Source: Paramoeba atlantica (Eukaryota > Protista > Discosea). From it: 64,000 nt of DNA. Below, piece by piece: positions 24,084-35,656 of this stretch (position 1 is its first letter; every line of letters starts with the position of its first letter). The DNA lies in assembly GCA_977017575.1 (NCBI GenBank), contig CDRNVI010000009.1:124001-188000 (forward strand), written 5' to 3'. Both the position numbers and the translations under genes were made by a program. The notes beneath the pieces were generated by a model. It was not told the origin of the DNA. It was given only the letters and a program-made list of their open reading frames with translations, and made no database searches.

Positions 24084-24960
24084 AAATCAAAACTTTTATC
24101 GTGAATAATCAATGGATGAATCCTACCATAAAACAAATGTACATGTAATACAAACATTGAGCCGTTATAAAATATTCCTAATTATATAGACAATTCCAAT
24201 TAATATCGCAGGCTCCTATGAACCAATGAGAACTGAAAGTATACGGAATCGGTTTCTAAAAAAATTTCAAACATGAAAAACGTTCGGGTAATATGCAGTA
24301 TAAATGTAGGTTGAACGTGAAATTTTTCAACATTTTTCGAATTCATTTTTTTTGAAGGAAATACGCGTACGCAGGAGAAATAAATTCAATAGGAATTCGA
24401 ACTTCTTTGGAAACGTACTCCCTGTATTTCGGACCTTTTTCACTTCCCAAATGTTCTGTGCAACGTGTACTACTTTTATCTGGATGCAGCCTCAAGAAAC
24501 CTCGATGACACCTTTCGGAACGTCGATGAAACTTCGCGAAACCTCGGTGAAACCTAACGAAACGTTGAGAACATGATGAATCCCTGGTCAAACTTCGCGA
24601 AACTTCGCCATCCGTTGCCCCTCAAGTAAATGATGACATCTAGAGAGCAATGTTTTCTCGAGGGAATCTAGAAGAAATCTAAAGAAAAATCTAAGCACTA
24701 AATAGGGGGGATAGTAAGTGTAAAGTCGAGTGTAAAAGAGCTGAAATACCACTTTGAACGCCGCTAAAGTCGTTTACCATACGTCTAAATACAATAGAAC
24801 AACCATTCAAGGTTGAAATTTATTAAAAGATTTCTTTCCAAAAAAGCTTTTTTCGACCTACATTTATACTGCCGGTGACCCAAACTTTCAATACAGCGTT
24901 TTTGTTTCAAAATCTACAGCAGAAAATCATCTACAGCTGCCGTAGATCTACTGCTACTAC

Positions 24961-26397
24961 GGCTACAGATGACTTATATTGTAGTCATTTTTCGGAAATT
25001 TGCGAAAGTGCATGAAAGGACTATTACTCATTTTTTCGAAATATGAAATGCGGTTTTTCGATATGCTAGATGTTATTTCCCTATATTTTCCATTCCTTGT
25101 CTCAAAAGAAATACAGATCCTGATACAAATACATATCCTGATTGAAGAAATACACCGATTTTGATTATAACTGCAATCTTTGTATGAACTTCCAATCTTC
25201 ATCTTCACTTTCATCAACAAGCGACTCACTAGAGTCTTCTTCTTCTTCTTCTTCTTCTTCCATTTTGTCGTGTTCAAACTCGCTTTCCACTTCATCTTCT
25301 TCCGACTCGCTTTCACTATCACTTTCTGTCCCCATGTCTCGAGCTACTTTAAACGCACATAACAGTACTTGTAACTTCTCTTGCCAAGACGGCTTTTTAA
25401 AAAATAAGGTAAACAACGCCACCGTCCGCTTAGACTCTCTCAACGACATCGATAACCTACCTTGTTTACGTATAGCCCGCGTCACTGCTGAATGACATGA
25501 CTCCGCGTTGTTGGTCTGAGTTCCATCAGCAGTTACAAACTTAAACTTTCCTTTACTAGAATGGTTCACAGTGCGGTGATCGCGAAATGCAATAACGTTC
25601 GAGTATCCTTTCCACCCGTCTGTAGTTACTATGGTACGTTGGCTGTCCAATGTGTGCTTCCTGATCGCCTGCTCCAAGGTTTCCTTATTTCGATTTTTTA
25701 CGTGTAACCACACCGTGCTTACCGATTTACCGTTCCTTGCAACTTCCGTAAGAGTCAATACCCACGTTGGTTTCTTACGAGTTCTTCGTCCGCGGTTGTA
25801 CTTCCGGCTCCATAAATAAGTCTCGTCAACCTGACAACGCGAGTACTGTATCTTGGAGTTCCGATACTTCATGTACCGATAAACTGCATCTAAGAGCTCT
25901 TTTTTCCACGTAAATGCAGTTTTCCGGTCAACTTCGCATTGCGAAGCAATTGAGCTCATTGGAACACCTTGACACAGTTTTACCCAAAAAGAGAATTTCT
26001 TCTTTCTTTTCTTTTGTTTGCAAGACATGTAGGGATACAGCAGTGATAGACGTTTTCGACAACTCCCCTTCTTCCGTCGTTTCCAGCAAATGTTTTCAAA
26101 GCGTCTCGCTGCACACCCTGTACCCCCATGCCTGCGACAAGTTTCGGACTTCACAATACCATGGCTTATAAGAAATTTCTCGAATTGCTCGAATGGAATT
26201 GGGCCATCGTTTTTCCACTTGAGAACACAACGCATATCCGAGCACGAACAGGAGGCCATTTAGTGGAAAAAAAAGAAATGAAATAAGCCAAATCTTGTTT
26301 CACGCATAAATACAATGTATTCTGAGGGAGATGTCATGTTATATATTTGCTTCTCAACGTTTCCCCAAAATGACTACAATATATCACCCCATTAACC
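24961..26397 (-). mobile_element. Complete Merlin DNA transposon, 1437 bp
   Basis: GG...CC termini, imperfect TIRs sharing ATATTGTAGTCATTTT, exact 8-bp TSD GCTACTAC (24953-60; 26398-405). Confidence 0.93.
25165..26259 (-). CDS. Merlin/IS1595-family transposase, 364 aa, acidic C-terminal tail
   Basis: QVDETYLWSRKYNRG, TTDGWKGY, VNHS, TNNAES motifs; Cys-rich N-terminus; intact frame. Confidence 0.93.
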   Translation of the reverse strand: MASCSCSDMRCVLKWKNDGPIPFEQFEKFLISHGIVKSETCRRHGGTGCAARRFENICWKRRKKGSCRKRLSLLYPYMSCKQKKRKKKFSFWVKLCQGVPMSSIASQCEVDRKTAFTWKKELLDAVYRYMKYRNSKIQYSRCQVDETYLWSRKYNRGRRTRKKPTWVLTLTEVARNGKSVSTVWLHVKNRNKETLEQAIRKHTLDSQRTIVTTDGWKGYSNVIAFRDHRTVNHSSKGKFKFVTADGTQTNNAESCHSAVTRAIRKQGRLSMSLRESKRTVALFTLFFKKPSWQEKLQVLLCAFKVARDMGTESDSESESEEDEVESEFEHDKMEEEEEEEEDSSESLVDESEDEDWKFIQRLQL

Positions 26398-27149
26398 GCT
26401 ACTACGTACTGCGATATCTACAGCAGCAAATGTATGCCTTTTGGGAGTGTGAGACATCTGCTAACCTACTTCTGTATCTCTTTCGAAGTTTTCTCACTAA
26501 ATAGGCCTCCTTACCTTTTCTACCACATATTGGTTGGTACTATTTTTTGTGAATTCCAAATAATGGGCTCGAGATCATGTCTTCGCGCTTTAGACTTAAA
26601 GTGTGCGGGACAGAACGTTGGGAGAAGTGAAACCCTTCGGACTGAAGGTTTGACGCGAGGTTTGATTACGACCGAATTCCTTACGGCCAATCTCGTGTAC
26701 CTGACTACATAATTTTTGGAGAATAATAGCGCGTTACACTTCCCAAAAAACATATTTCCAAAAAAAGTCTTTCCTGAAACTGCTTGTCTCCTAAAAGCGC
26801 ACTAAACCCCCCCAAATTTAGGGAAAGCACAAAAGTGCAAATTCACAAATCAAGAATAACAATAATAAAAATCCATCAACAAACCTACATATTGGTTCAA
26901 TCAATCTTACAGATGCACTTTGTACGTTCTATTCTTTTAAATCTAGACTTCTATTTTTTTTAAATCTATCAGTAAATGGAGCGTCATCGTGGGTGTATTT
27001 TCTCTTTCAAGACATTTACAAAACTACATTGTATAACAACAAGGTTGCAATGACATTCATTCTAGTATTGTTCGTAACTTTTTCACTTTATCAACTCTAC
27101 GTTTCGCATTTAGATGCATTTTATTTAATCTTTGAATGAAGCGACAGGG

Positions 27150-27653
27150 TTACTTTTTCTTCTCTACCAGCGTTTCAATGAATGCCTTGCCCTTCTTACG
27201 GAGTCGTGCTGCTTGATCTGAAAGTGCTTTGCGTTGAGCGGCTGTCAGCTTCTTATATTTGGCAGATACCTTCTTTACCGCCGCGCGGAAACAAGCTTTA
27301 GGATTCTTGTGCTTTCCTTTCTCTGCCTGGTATATTGCTGGCATGGTACGCTTTAAGAACAAGCCATAAGGAAGGCAGCGTGCGCTTTTCACTTGTGCTT
27401 TGAGCGCTTTCTTTTGTTTCATATTCTGGGCAGCAATCTTACTCAAGGATTGGACTTGAGCAGGAGATAACTTTTTAAAAGCAGCATGTGCTCCGGCGAG
27501 ATTTGGGTATCCCTTTTTACCTTTGCAAAACTTTGCTATAAATACACGCAGCACACTTGTCGGGGCCGACTTCCCAGCCCACGGCTTCTTGATAACTTTA
27601 AGGCGAAGCTTTGCGATGTTCTTGGCGAAGTTTGGAAATACACGAGCAAACAT
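27150..27653 (-). CDS. Basic tandem-HMG-box-like protein (KAP/TFAM-like mitochondrial DNA-packaging protein), 167 aa
   Basis: Likely start MFARVF at 27653 (matches paralogs); two HMG-like units (..F...AF KKLSPAQ..; PYGLFLKR...YKKLTAAQRKAL); very Lys/Ala-rich; presequence-like N-terminus. Confidence 0.65.
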   Translation of the reverse strand: MFARVFPNFAKNIAKLRLKVIKKPWAGKSAPTSVLRVFIAKFCKGKKGYPNLAGAHAAFKKLSPAQVQSLSKIAAQNMKQKKALKAQVKSARCLPYGLFLKRTMPAIYQAEKGKHKNPKACFRAAVKKVSAKYKKLTAAQRKALSDQAARLRKKGKAFIETLVEKKK

Positions 27654-28200
27654 TACAGGTAGAAAGACAACAAAAAAGATAAATAATCCGGGATGACATA
27701 AATTCTTTTTGTGTGACATTAAATTGACCACATAAATCTACGTAAAGATTGCCTACTCTTGGCTACTCTCCCTCTCATTAAATTCTATAATTTTAGTTGT
27801 TTCGTTGAACGGGGTTATTATCGTACAACGAAAATATACATGTTATTATCTAAACATATTATCTATAAACATGTATTATCCAATCACTTTTACTGACGTA
27901 CTTGATCTATCCATTTTCTCTAACCTGTAAAAGCATAATTTTTAAAAAGGTAAAAAGTCCTGTGCACGTAAATTTAAATTTTAAAAAGAATCTATTAGTA
28001 AATTCTATTTGTAAAGGATAATGATCCTACATGATGCATGAAAATGATCCTATATGTATGTGTATTCGCAGCGCGATCTCATTTACAAAAAAAGCTATAA
28101 AATAGCTACAATGATAAGCATTCTAGTACTTTTTATAATACTTTTACTTTATCAACTATATTTAAAAACATTTTTTCTACCCTCGATTGAATCGAAACGC

Positions 28201-28704
28201 TTACTTTTTCTTCTTTACCAGCCTTTCAATGAAGGCCTTGCCCTTCTTACGGAGTCGTGCTGCTTCATATGAAAGAGCTTTGCGTTGAGCGGCTGACAGC
28301 TTCTTATATTTGGCAGATGCTTTCTTTGACGCCGCGCGGAAACAAGCCTTTTGATTCTTGTGGTTTCCCTTCTCTGCCTGGCACATTGCTGGCATGGTAC
28401 GCTTTAAGAACAAGCTATAAGGCTTGCAGTTTGCGCTTTTCACTTGTGCTTTGAGCGCTTTCTTCTGTTTCATATTCTGGGTAGCAATCTTACTCAAAGA
28501 CTTGACTTTAGAAGGAGATAACTTTTTAAAAGCGGCATGTGCTCCGGCGAGATCTGGGGCTCCCTTTTTGCCTTTGAGAAACTTTGACATGAACATACTT
28601 TTTGCACTTGTCGGGGCTGATTTTCCAGCCCACGGCTTCTTGATAACTTTACGACGAAGCTTTGCGATGTTCTTGGTGAGGTTTGGAAGTGCGCGAGAAA
28701 ACAT
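28201..28704 (-). CDS. KAP/HMG-like protein paralog, 167 aa
   Basis: Colinear, highly similar to 27150..27653 and 33908..34411. Confidence 0.65.
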   Translation of the reverse strand: MFSRALPNLTKNIAKLRRKVIKKPWAGKSAPTSAKSMFMSKFLKGKKGAPDLAGAHAAFKKLSPSKVKSLSKIATQNMKQKKALKAQVKSANCKPYSLFLKRTMPAMCQAEKGNHKNQKACFRAASKKASAKYKKLSAAQRKALSYEAARLRKKGKAFIERLVKKKK

Positions 28705-28817
28705 TACAAGTAGAAAGACAAGAAAAAAGAAAAATAATCACAGCTGTTATAAATTCTTTCTGTGTGACATGAGATTGCCCACATACAGTGTAAATCTACA
28801 TGCACTATGCAAAAAAC

Positions 28818-29360
28818 GGCTTATGTCGGATTCAATTGTAGTCATTTTTTGAAAACCATATTTTTTAAAGCAACGTATTTTATTGGTCTAATATTGAGAT
28901 TCTGAATACAAAAAAGAGAATATAAATTTATTCTAATACTAATGACATGCACATGTGCAGATTTGAGTTGCGTATTGAAAAAGAAGCATGACGGTCACAT
29001 TCCAAAGAACTTTGAAGATTTTTTGCGGAATCAGGGCGCTGTAACCGAGGAGAAATGTCCGCAGCATCACGAAAAAGGAAAGTTCCGTGACTCTTTCTCC
29101 AGTATTTGTTGGAAACGAAGGAACAGTGGGAGCTGTAGAAAGAGATTATCTAGGCTATACCCTTCCCTTTCTTCGGATCTGCGCAAACCATCCCAAAAGT
29201 TTTGGTTCCGGATTAAGATATGTCAAGGAGTCCCTAGCAATTGCTTCCCAGTGTCAGGTCCATAGAAGGAATATCTTTGAGTGGAAGACAGAAGTGGTGA
29301 ACACCATTAGTCGACAGGTGGGGCTTGAAAACAACAGTACAAAGCAATTCAGTATGTAAA
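28818..29360 (+). pseudogene. Truncated Merlin element (left end plus transposase N-terminus)
   Basis: Begins GG...ATTGTAGTCATTTT like the 24961 element; ORF 28942..29265 homologous to the N-terminus of 25165..26259. Confidence 0.82.
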
Positions 29361-29370
29361 GGAAAAGAAT

Positions 29371-30328
29371 ATAATACCTATTTTCGAGATTGCTGTTGCT
29401 ACGGCGGCGAGGGGAAACACCGTAAATGGAGCGCTCATTGTCCGGCGGACCCTTGATGCGATGGTGCGTGGTGATGTTTCGCCAGACAACGTCTCCCAAG
29501 CTGTTATTGTCAACTTGCGAGATGCGCTGTGCGGGCTTGTAATTGATCTAGCGCACTCTGAAGTTGAACCAATCGTAGAATTAGAACCTCCGAACCACGG
29601 AGATCAAAACAGCAAGAATCTCCGGAAAGCTTTTTGCGGTCTTATTGAGACGCGTGAAAGCCCTCGCTGCGGTACCCAACTTCATCAGTGTTTAACAGAC
29701 ACAGGGTTTACTACAGATCCGTGGCTTTCGCCGCAAGTAAATAGGACAGTGAAGGAATCGGTCGTCAACCGACCAGACATGGTGCACTACGCCAAGGTTC
29801 TGGCAGACTCCCCTCCTGACGCTCCGATAAAAAGCATTGATTCTGAGGGCGTGCGACTCGGGGTTTGGTCCCTCCTATGCAAGATGGGAGCGGTGCTCCC
29901 CATGCACCGCCTACGATATGAGGGTGCTGCGGTGTCTGCAGAGGCCCTCGAACGCCTCATGCTTGACGACCACAACAAAGCCACGAACAAGTCCATTGTG
30001 GCCAATCTCGCGGGACACGAACGTGCATTGGAAGTGGTAAACCGCGACTCGTCAACCATGCACAAGTTTGCGGCTGGTACAGTTCCGTTGGCCCTTCGCA
30101 CCCCAGCAGCGCGAAACGCCTACAAACCACCCCACCGTTAAAGTATCCTCAAGTATCGAAGTCTGGAACTACCCACATGCTCCACGAGGTACGTGCCGTC
30201 ACTGCGGGAAGAGAGGCCATGAAATCCGGGATTGCAAAGTAAAAATCGAATTCTTGCCCGGTAAAGGCAACAATTATAAGCGTAGTCATTCTGGCTCAGT
30301 AGCTCAGAACAAATTTCAGAAGAAGTAG
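29371..30328 (+). pseudogene. Gag-like CCHC protein paralog (5'-truncated, frameshifted)
   Basis: Aligns with 5723..6667 (VSQAV, SIDSEGVRLGVWSLLCK, NKSIV); knuckle CRHCGKRGHEIRDC lies in the shifted frame 30068..30328. Confidence 0.75.
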
Positions 30329-30382
30329 ACAGAAGAAGTTTAGTTTAATCCACTGATATACAGGTATCCGAACGCGTCAATC

Positions 30383-30867
30383 GTGGGGGGAGTAATCGCA
30401 AAAGAGAACGGGGTGCGAATTCTGCGCGCAGAGCTGCTGAAGAAAAAGTACACTATGAGCTTGAGCATATGTTGGCTGCACAAATTTCCATCAACAAATC
30501 TCTTGTATTCGAACTCATGCAACGTCATGGAGTATTCGAAAGCAGATCGGAAGGCTCTTTGTCCGAGAAATCGAAAGAACGGATAAACAAAAAATTTAAA
30601 TACGCTTTCGGTTGGTCTTGGCAGCGTTTTGGGAGAAAACGCGTTATTGCACCTGCAGATCTTGAGGCTAGAATCGTCTCTTGGTCGAGGCAGCTGTACA
30701 CGCAGCATCGCATTCGCCAATATAATTTTGTTTTTTTTGGGGACGAAACTTCAGCTTTTCTTGATGGGGGGCCGCACGACATGACCCTTGCCCCCGTTGG
30801 TTCTGAATCAATAAAGATTTCTCAAACAAATGAAGGGGAGGCAGTGACGTTTTTCTCGCCGGAATAG
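30383..30867 (+). pseudogene. pogo/Tigger-like transposase fragment
   Basis: CENP-B-type FKYAFGWSWQRF followed by FFGDETSAFLD...TLAPVGS (DDE_1 first motif). Confidence 0.65.
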
Positions 30868-31244
30868 TGAACGTACAGTGCCGTTCCAGCCATATTGCAA
30901 CAAACTTTTCGCTCATAGGAAAGGTCCTCAGATGAAATAAGTGGTGGAAACGCATCATTTAGGGTGGGGGATTTAGTGTAAAAATAGTTTGAAACAATTT
31001 CTAAATAAAATGATTTATTTTGCGGTCCCAATATTGGGTAAGACGCAATTTTTCGGCCCTGTTTTATCGAATTTTTGACATAAATACGTGTGAAATGTAT
31101 ACGAAGGAAATGTATACGAAGCACAGGATCGTTTGCTAAAACACAAAGCATTTCAAGAACGACCTAGAAGTCAACAGAAAGCTCTAATATAGAATTCTAT
31201 AGACTTTAGTATTGTTTCTACTCCCGAATCTAAAATTTATATCC

Positions 31245-32750
31245 CTAGTAAGGGATTTTTTTCCCTTCCTTTTGAATACAGAACTCCAACCTTTTCTTGA
31301 ATGTCACATGTAATTTCTGGCAATAAATCTCGCATGATTCTGACTTTAAATATTCCTCGCAAACAGCTTTTATTTCCGCTACTGTCGATGGATTTCTCTT
31401 ATTTTTTCTCCAAAGGTGTTCTATCGGGTTTAGGTCAGGAGAATCTGCTGGCCATTTCGGAGGTATCTTCTTCTCATCGAACGAAGAGTGGTACTGGCGG
31501 AGAGGTGCTTCCGCATTTTCGAATGCCACATGTGTCGTCCACCGCTCCACCGTTCTTTTTGCGGTATGCGGAGGTGCACCGTCATCAACTAGGATTGCTG
31601 TTGAGTGCAAACGCGCATAAGGAGCCCAGTGTGCTTCCAGGACTTGCTTTCTGTAATATATGGAACCGAATTGTTTGTTTGGCGGTGGCATTTCACCAAT
31701 TTCACTAAAGACCGTGCGACGCACATTCTCATCACTGTAGAACCGTCGAAAGTCGTCACACCAATGAAAAATTACCCGACCATCACTGTCGATAGCCCCC
31801 CATAACATCACCTTTGTCGGATGATGAGAACGGCTTTTCGGAACGCGATCTTCGGGACTTTGCCAAGCGCCACGAGACAGGTCTCCAGCGTGTACATTAA
31901 CCTCGTCCGTGAAGACCAGACAACTAAAAAATGATCCATTAGACATGCTGTTCTCTTTAAGCATGGCATGACAAAATTCTACGCGAGCCTTGCGTTTCGC
32001 TTCTGTCAAGTGAAGCGTGTGCTCCTTCGAGCGGAATCGATAACCATGATAATACAGAAGGGCTCGCATTCGTCGCCTAGAAACATGTAAAGGTACTTCA
32101 CTCATTTGCATCATTGTGCAACGAAGATTAGTAAGTGTTCTTTGCGAGTTGACAACAGCCAATACTTTGGGAAGCAAGTTTTTCGCATTCTCGTAACCAG
32201 ACCAACTCTGTAAAGTGGTACGTGTGTGTGCAAGTTTCTTTAGTCGCTCGTCACCTTCCGGACGTTGCAAAATTCTGCTGCAAGTGCTTCGCGTAAGGAA
32301 CAGCATGTGACACAAGTCAGCTTGTGTGAACATCCCAGCCTTAAAAAGAAGTTTGACCGTGATGACGCCTGTTTCGGTCAAACCACCTTTTCCGAACCAA
32401 ATGCGCGGTAGGCCTCTTCGATTTCTTTTTCGACGACTCTGCGGACGACCAACTTGTTTTTTCGGTTCTCCTTTCCATCCCTCACTTTGCTTGAGTAAAA
32501 AATTTTCGTCCCTGAGGCGAGCGATAGAAAGTAGCAATGTCGTTTCGCTTTTTTCTAAAATTTCGCACTGCGCTTTGTAGTGTTCGCAAAGCTCGGTAGA
32601 CGTTTTCAACTCTCCTTTCAGAAGAGTTAGTTCAATTGCGAGCTCTCGTTCGCGCTGATTTGCTTTGCTTACAGACAGGTGCGGTTTATTTCCTACGTTT
32701 ATTTCACTACGCGCTACGTAGTGGAAAGCGTCACTCAGAGGCTGAGCCAT
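31245..32750 (-). CDS. Tc1-like transposase, 501 aa, with N-terminal coiled-coil extension and long D-E spacing
   Basis: FTDEV, VMLWGAI, DDGAPPH, WPADSPDLNPIEHLW; 53 residues between DG-aspartate and E (counted). Confidence 0.85.
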   Translation of the reverse strand: MAQPLSDAFHYVARSEINVGNKPHLSVSKANQRERELAIELTLLKGELKTSTELCEHYKAQCEILEKSETTLLLSIARLRDENFLLKQSEGWKGEPKKQVGRPQSRRKRNRRGLPRIWFGKGGLTETGVITVKLLFKAGMFTQADLCHMLFLTRSTCSRILQRPEGDERLKKLAHTRTTLQSWSGYENAKNLLPKVLAVVNSQRTLTNLRCTMMQMSEVPLHVSRRRMRALLYYHGYRFRSKEHTLHLTEAKRKARVEFCHAMLKENSMSNGSFFSCLVFTDEVNVHAGDLSRGAWQSPEDRVPKSRSHHPTKVMLWGAIDSDGRVIFHWCDDFRRFYSDENVRRTVFSEIGEMPPPNKQFGSIYYRKQVLEAHWAPYARLHSTAILVDDGAPPHTAKRTVERWTTHVAFENAEAPLRQYHSSFDEKKIPPKWPADSPDLNPIEHLWRKNKRNPSTVAEIKAVCEEYLKSESCEIYCQKLHVTFKKRLEFCIQKEGKKIPY

Positions 32751-32975
32751 AAAGGCCTCGGATCATCAAAATCTGGCAAACAACGAAGTCCGAAGGACCT
32801 CACTACGCACCTCGTAGTGGAAAAGCGTCACTTAGAATCTGAGCCATAAAAGGCCTCGGATCATAAAAAGTCCGGGAAACAACAGTCCAAAGGACCTCAC
32901 TACGCGCAACGTAGTGGAAAGCCCAGACGCTGAGCCATAAAGGCCTCGGATCATAAAAATCCGGGAAAACGCTGA
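32705..32975. repeat. Three tandem ~96-97 bp units, each with palindrome CACTACG-N5-CGTAGTG
   Basis: Units start at 32705, 32801, 32898; the transposase ATG lies within unit 1. Confidence 0.85.
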
Positions 32976-33907
32976 GCCCCAAAAGCGTCGGTTCATGACA
33001 CACAGCCGAGTCACGAAAAACTTCACTACGTCAACGGTAGTCTAAAAAGTCATTTTTTTTCTGCATGCAGTCACGGTGCCAGGCAAGCATTGGCGCATTT
33101 CGTGCGCCGAGATAATGGGTCGTTGACCTTACTGGACAGGTATCCTGGCCAGTGGGGCAACGACCTCATCACCCGGTACTTGGATCATCCAAGGGATCCT
33201 CACTAACTCCCCCCCCCCCCCCACGATGAGGGATTTTCTCACGGGAGCAAACCTCAAGCTTTTCAACAAGTCTGGGGCCCCGGTGGGACACCACTCTTCA
33301 TACAGACCTATAGGTCCCCATGCGTACAGCCACTGCAAGCCAGTGTCAGCCACTGCCAGCCAGTGCAAGCCACAACGGCCATTATTCTAGGGGACCGGAA
33401 GTGGTTGACTGGTGGAACGTGTATTTTTTGCGGCCTTCAGTCTCAGCATGGGGTGATAAATTAAAAAAAGGGAATTTCTTGTCTTAAATGGTGTGAAATT
33501 ACATTCACAAAAAAAGATGCTCCCCTTTTTTCAGCAAAAAAAATCGATGTATTTTTTTCGTGTTTCCGTTCATAGAAAAGGACGTCCTGTTCGATGAGTA
33601 TTCATCGAATGCCCCCCTCCCCAAATATTGTATAGAGTTGAGTCATTCTCATGGTAATCTGGTGCTCTATTGAATTAGGAAGGATGTAAATCTACTGGTT
33701 TATTAAATAAATAAAAATTATTAGCAAACTAAAGCGTGATCTTGATATAGTGTCACCGTCGACGAAACTAAGGAACGTTCGCTGTGCATTCGATTATAAA
33801 TATACTTTTTTATAATTAATTATAATTCTACTTTTTTAACGCATTCCTATTTGTAATAAATATTTCTAAACCTTTTGTTTATTGTGACTCCGAATGAAGT
33901 GATACAG

Positions 33908-34411
33908 CTACTTTCGTTGTTCCACCAGCTTTTCAATGAATGCACTGCCCTTGTTACGGACCTGTGCTGCCTCAACTGAAAGTGCTTTGCGTTGAGCGGC
34001 TGTCAGCTTCTTATATTTGGCAGATACTTTCTTTACCGCCGCGCTGAAACAAGCTTTAGGATTCTTGTGGTTGCCCTTCTCTGCCTTGTATATCGCTGGC
34101 ATGACACGTCGCATGAACAAACTATAAGGGCGACATTTAGCACTTTGAACTTGCGCTTTCAGTGACTGTTTTCGCTTCATATTCTCGGCAGCAATCTTGC
34201 TGAAGGATTGAACTTGAGCAGGAGATAACTTTTTAAAAGCGGCATGCACTCCGGCGAGATCTGGAGATCCTTTTTTACCTTTGCAAGACTTTGCTATAAA
34301 TACACGCAGCGCACTTGTCGGGGCTGATTTTCCAGCCCATGGCTTATTGATAACTTTATGACGAAGCTTTGCGATGTTCTTGGCGAGGTTTGGAAGCGCA
34401 CGAGAAAACAT
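33908..34411 (-). CDS. KAP/HMG-like protein paralog, 167 aa
   Basis: Third copy of the family; RPYSLFMRR, KYKKLTAAQRKAL. Confidence 0.65.
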   Translation of the reverse strand: MFSRALPNLAKNIAKLRHKVINKPWAGKSAPTSALRVFIAKSCKGKKGSPDLAGVHAAFKKLSPAQVQSFSKIAAENMKRKQSLKAQVQSAKCRPYSLFMRRVMPAIYKAEKGNHKNPKACFSAAVKKVSAKYKKLTAAQRKALSVEAAQVRNKGSAFIEKLVEQRK

Positions 34412-35511
34412 TAGAGATAGAAAGACAGAGAAATAGAAAAAAAACTAGTATGAGATAAATTAAGATAATTTCTTAACCTTAACCTTTTAGATTTATTGAG
34501 GGAGATATAGTGAGCATCTAACTCGTCTTCTAAGGTTAATTCCGCGAGGGTGGAATGGGCGTAAAGCGAGTAATCCGAGGAACGGTATATTATTTGAATA
34601 ATATAGTGTTAAAATTTCTATCAAAAGAATATAGCGTTATCTAATATTTAAATAGGGGAAAAGTGCAAGTGAAAAGATGATCTTTAGAAGTCCACACGGT
34701 AGTTTAAGGGGCTTTTAAGTTGCTATAGAGCACTAAAGAATTGTAAAAAAAATGATTTTAGCCCATAATTCAAGCTATGGCCAAATAAGTCTAGGTATTT
34801 CCAAAGAAAAATCACGACAAGTAGGTCCGCCATAATGGAAAAAAGAGGTGAATTTTACCATTTAAATAATATTAGGCTCTTCGTTAAAAGCGGTGGTTGT
34901 TTTCAACTTAGAAGTCCCTCATGCTGCGCGCTTCACGTTGAAAACTACCACCGCGTTTAACGAAGAGACTAAAAAAGAAAATTTGGCTGGGAAAGCTGAA
35001 GAAAACGGAAAGATTATAGCCAAAATCAGCCAATTTTCGGATAAAAATGGGGTCATTTTTGGGTATTTTTGCTCTCAGAGCACTAAATCTGATATTAGCA
35101 AGTGGGGAATCACTCGTAGGCATGAATGGAAGCCTACTGAACGTATTGGGTAGAGAATGCGACTCCAACCGCACCATTCATTTGACATAAAAAGACCCCT
35201 TTAGGCCCGAGAATTGCTTTTTTGCATTTATTGGTCAAAAATGGGCCATTTTGGGAGGCGTACCACGGCTAGAAGGGGTATCTGGCGAAAAAGACGATGT
35301 AGAAGGCTAGTATAGGTCCCAAACTCTCAAAATACAATAGGGAAAAAAAGTTGAAAAACTATTTTTTTTACCATTTTTTTCGCCACGTTGATTTTTTTTT
35401 CAATTTTTTTTTCCGAAAAAATCCGAACTTGGCGGACGGCGTTAGCACATTTATAATGCATATTTACCGCACGTTTATAATGCATACTAAGCGGCACATT
35501 CAAATTCATAT

Positions 35512-35656
35512 AGCACATTCACATGCATAACAGCACATTCATATGCATAATGCACATTCACATGCATAAATCCGACACATTCACATGCATAAATCCGACA
35601 CACTCACATGCATATAGCACATTCACATGCATAACAGCACATTCACATGCATAAAA
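35512..35656. repeat. Tandem array of ~19-23 bp units CACATTCACATGCATAA
   Basis: About 7 imperfect copies seen directly. Confidence 0.85.

Noticed and set aside
9133-26397. Bacterial IS630/IS1595 elements implying a prokaryotic contig
   Set aside because: Eukaryotic NMNAT, non-LTR and DIRS-order retroelements and no operon or RBS signals indicate eukaryotic Tc1 and Merlin.
27150-27731. 193-aa ORF start at 27731
   Set aside because: The extra 26 codons are the polypyrimidine leader; paralogs start at the equivalent of 27653.
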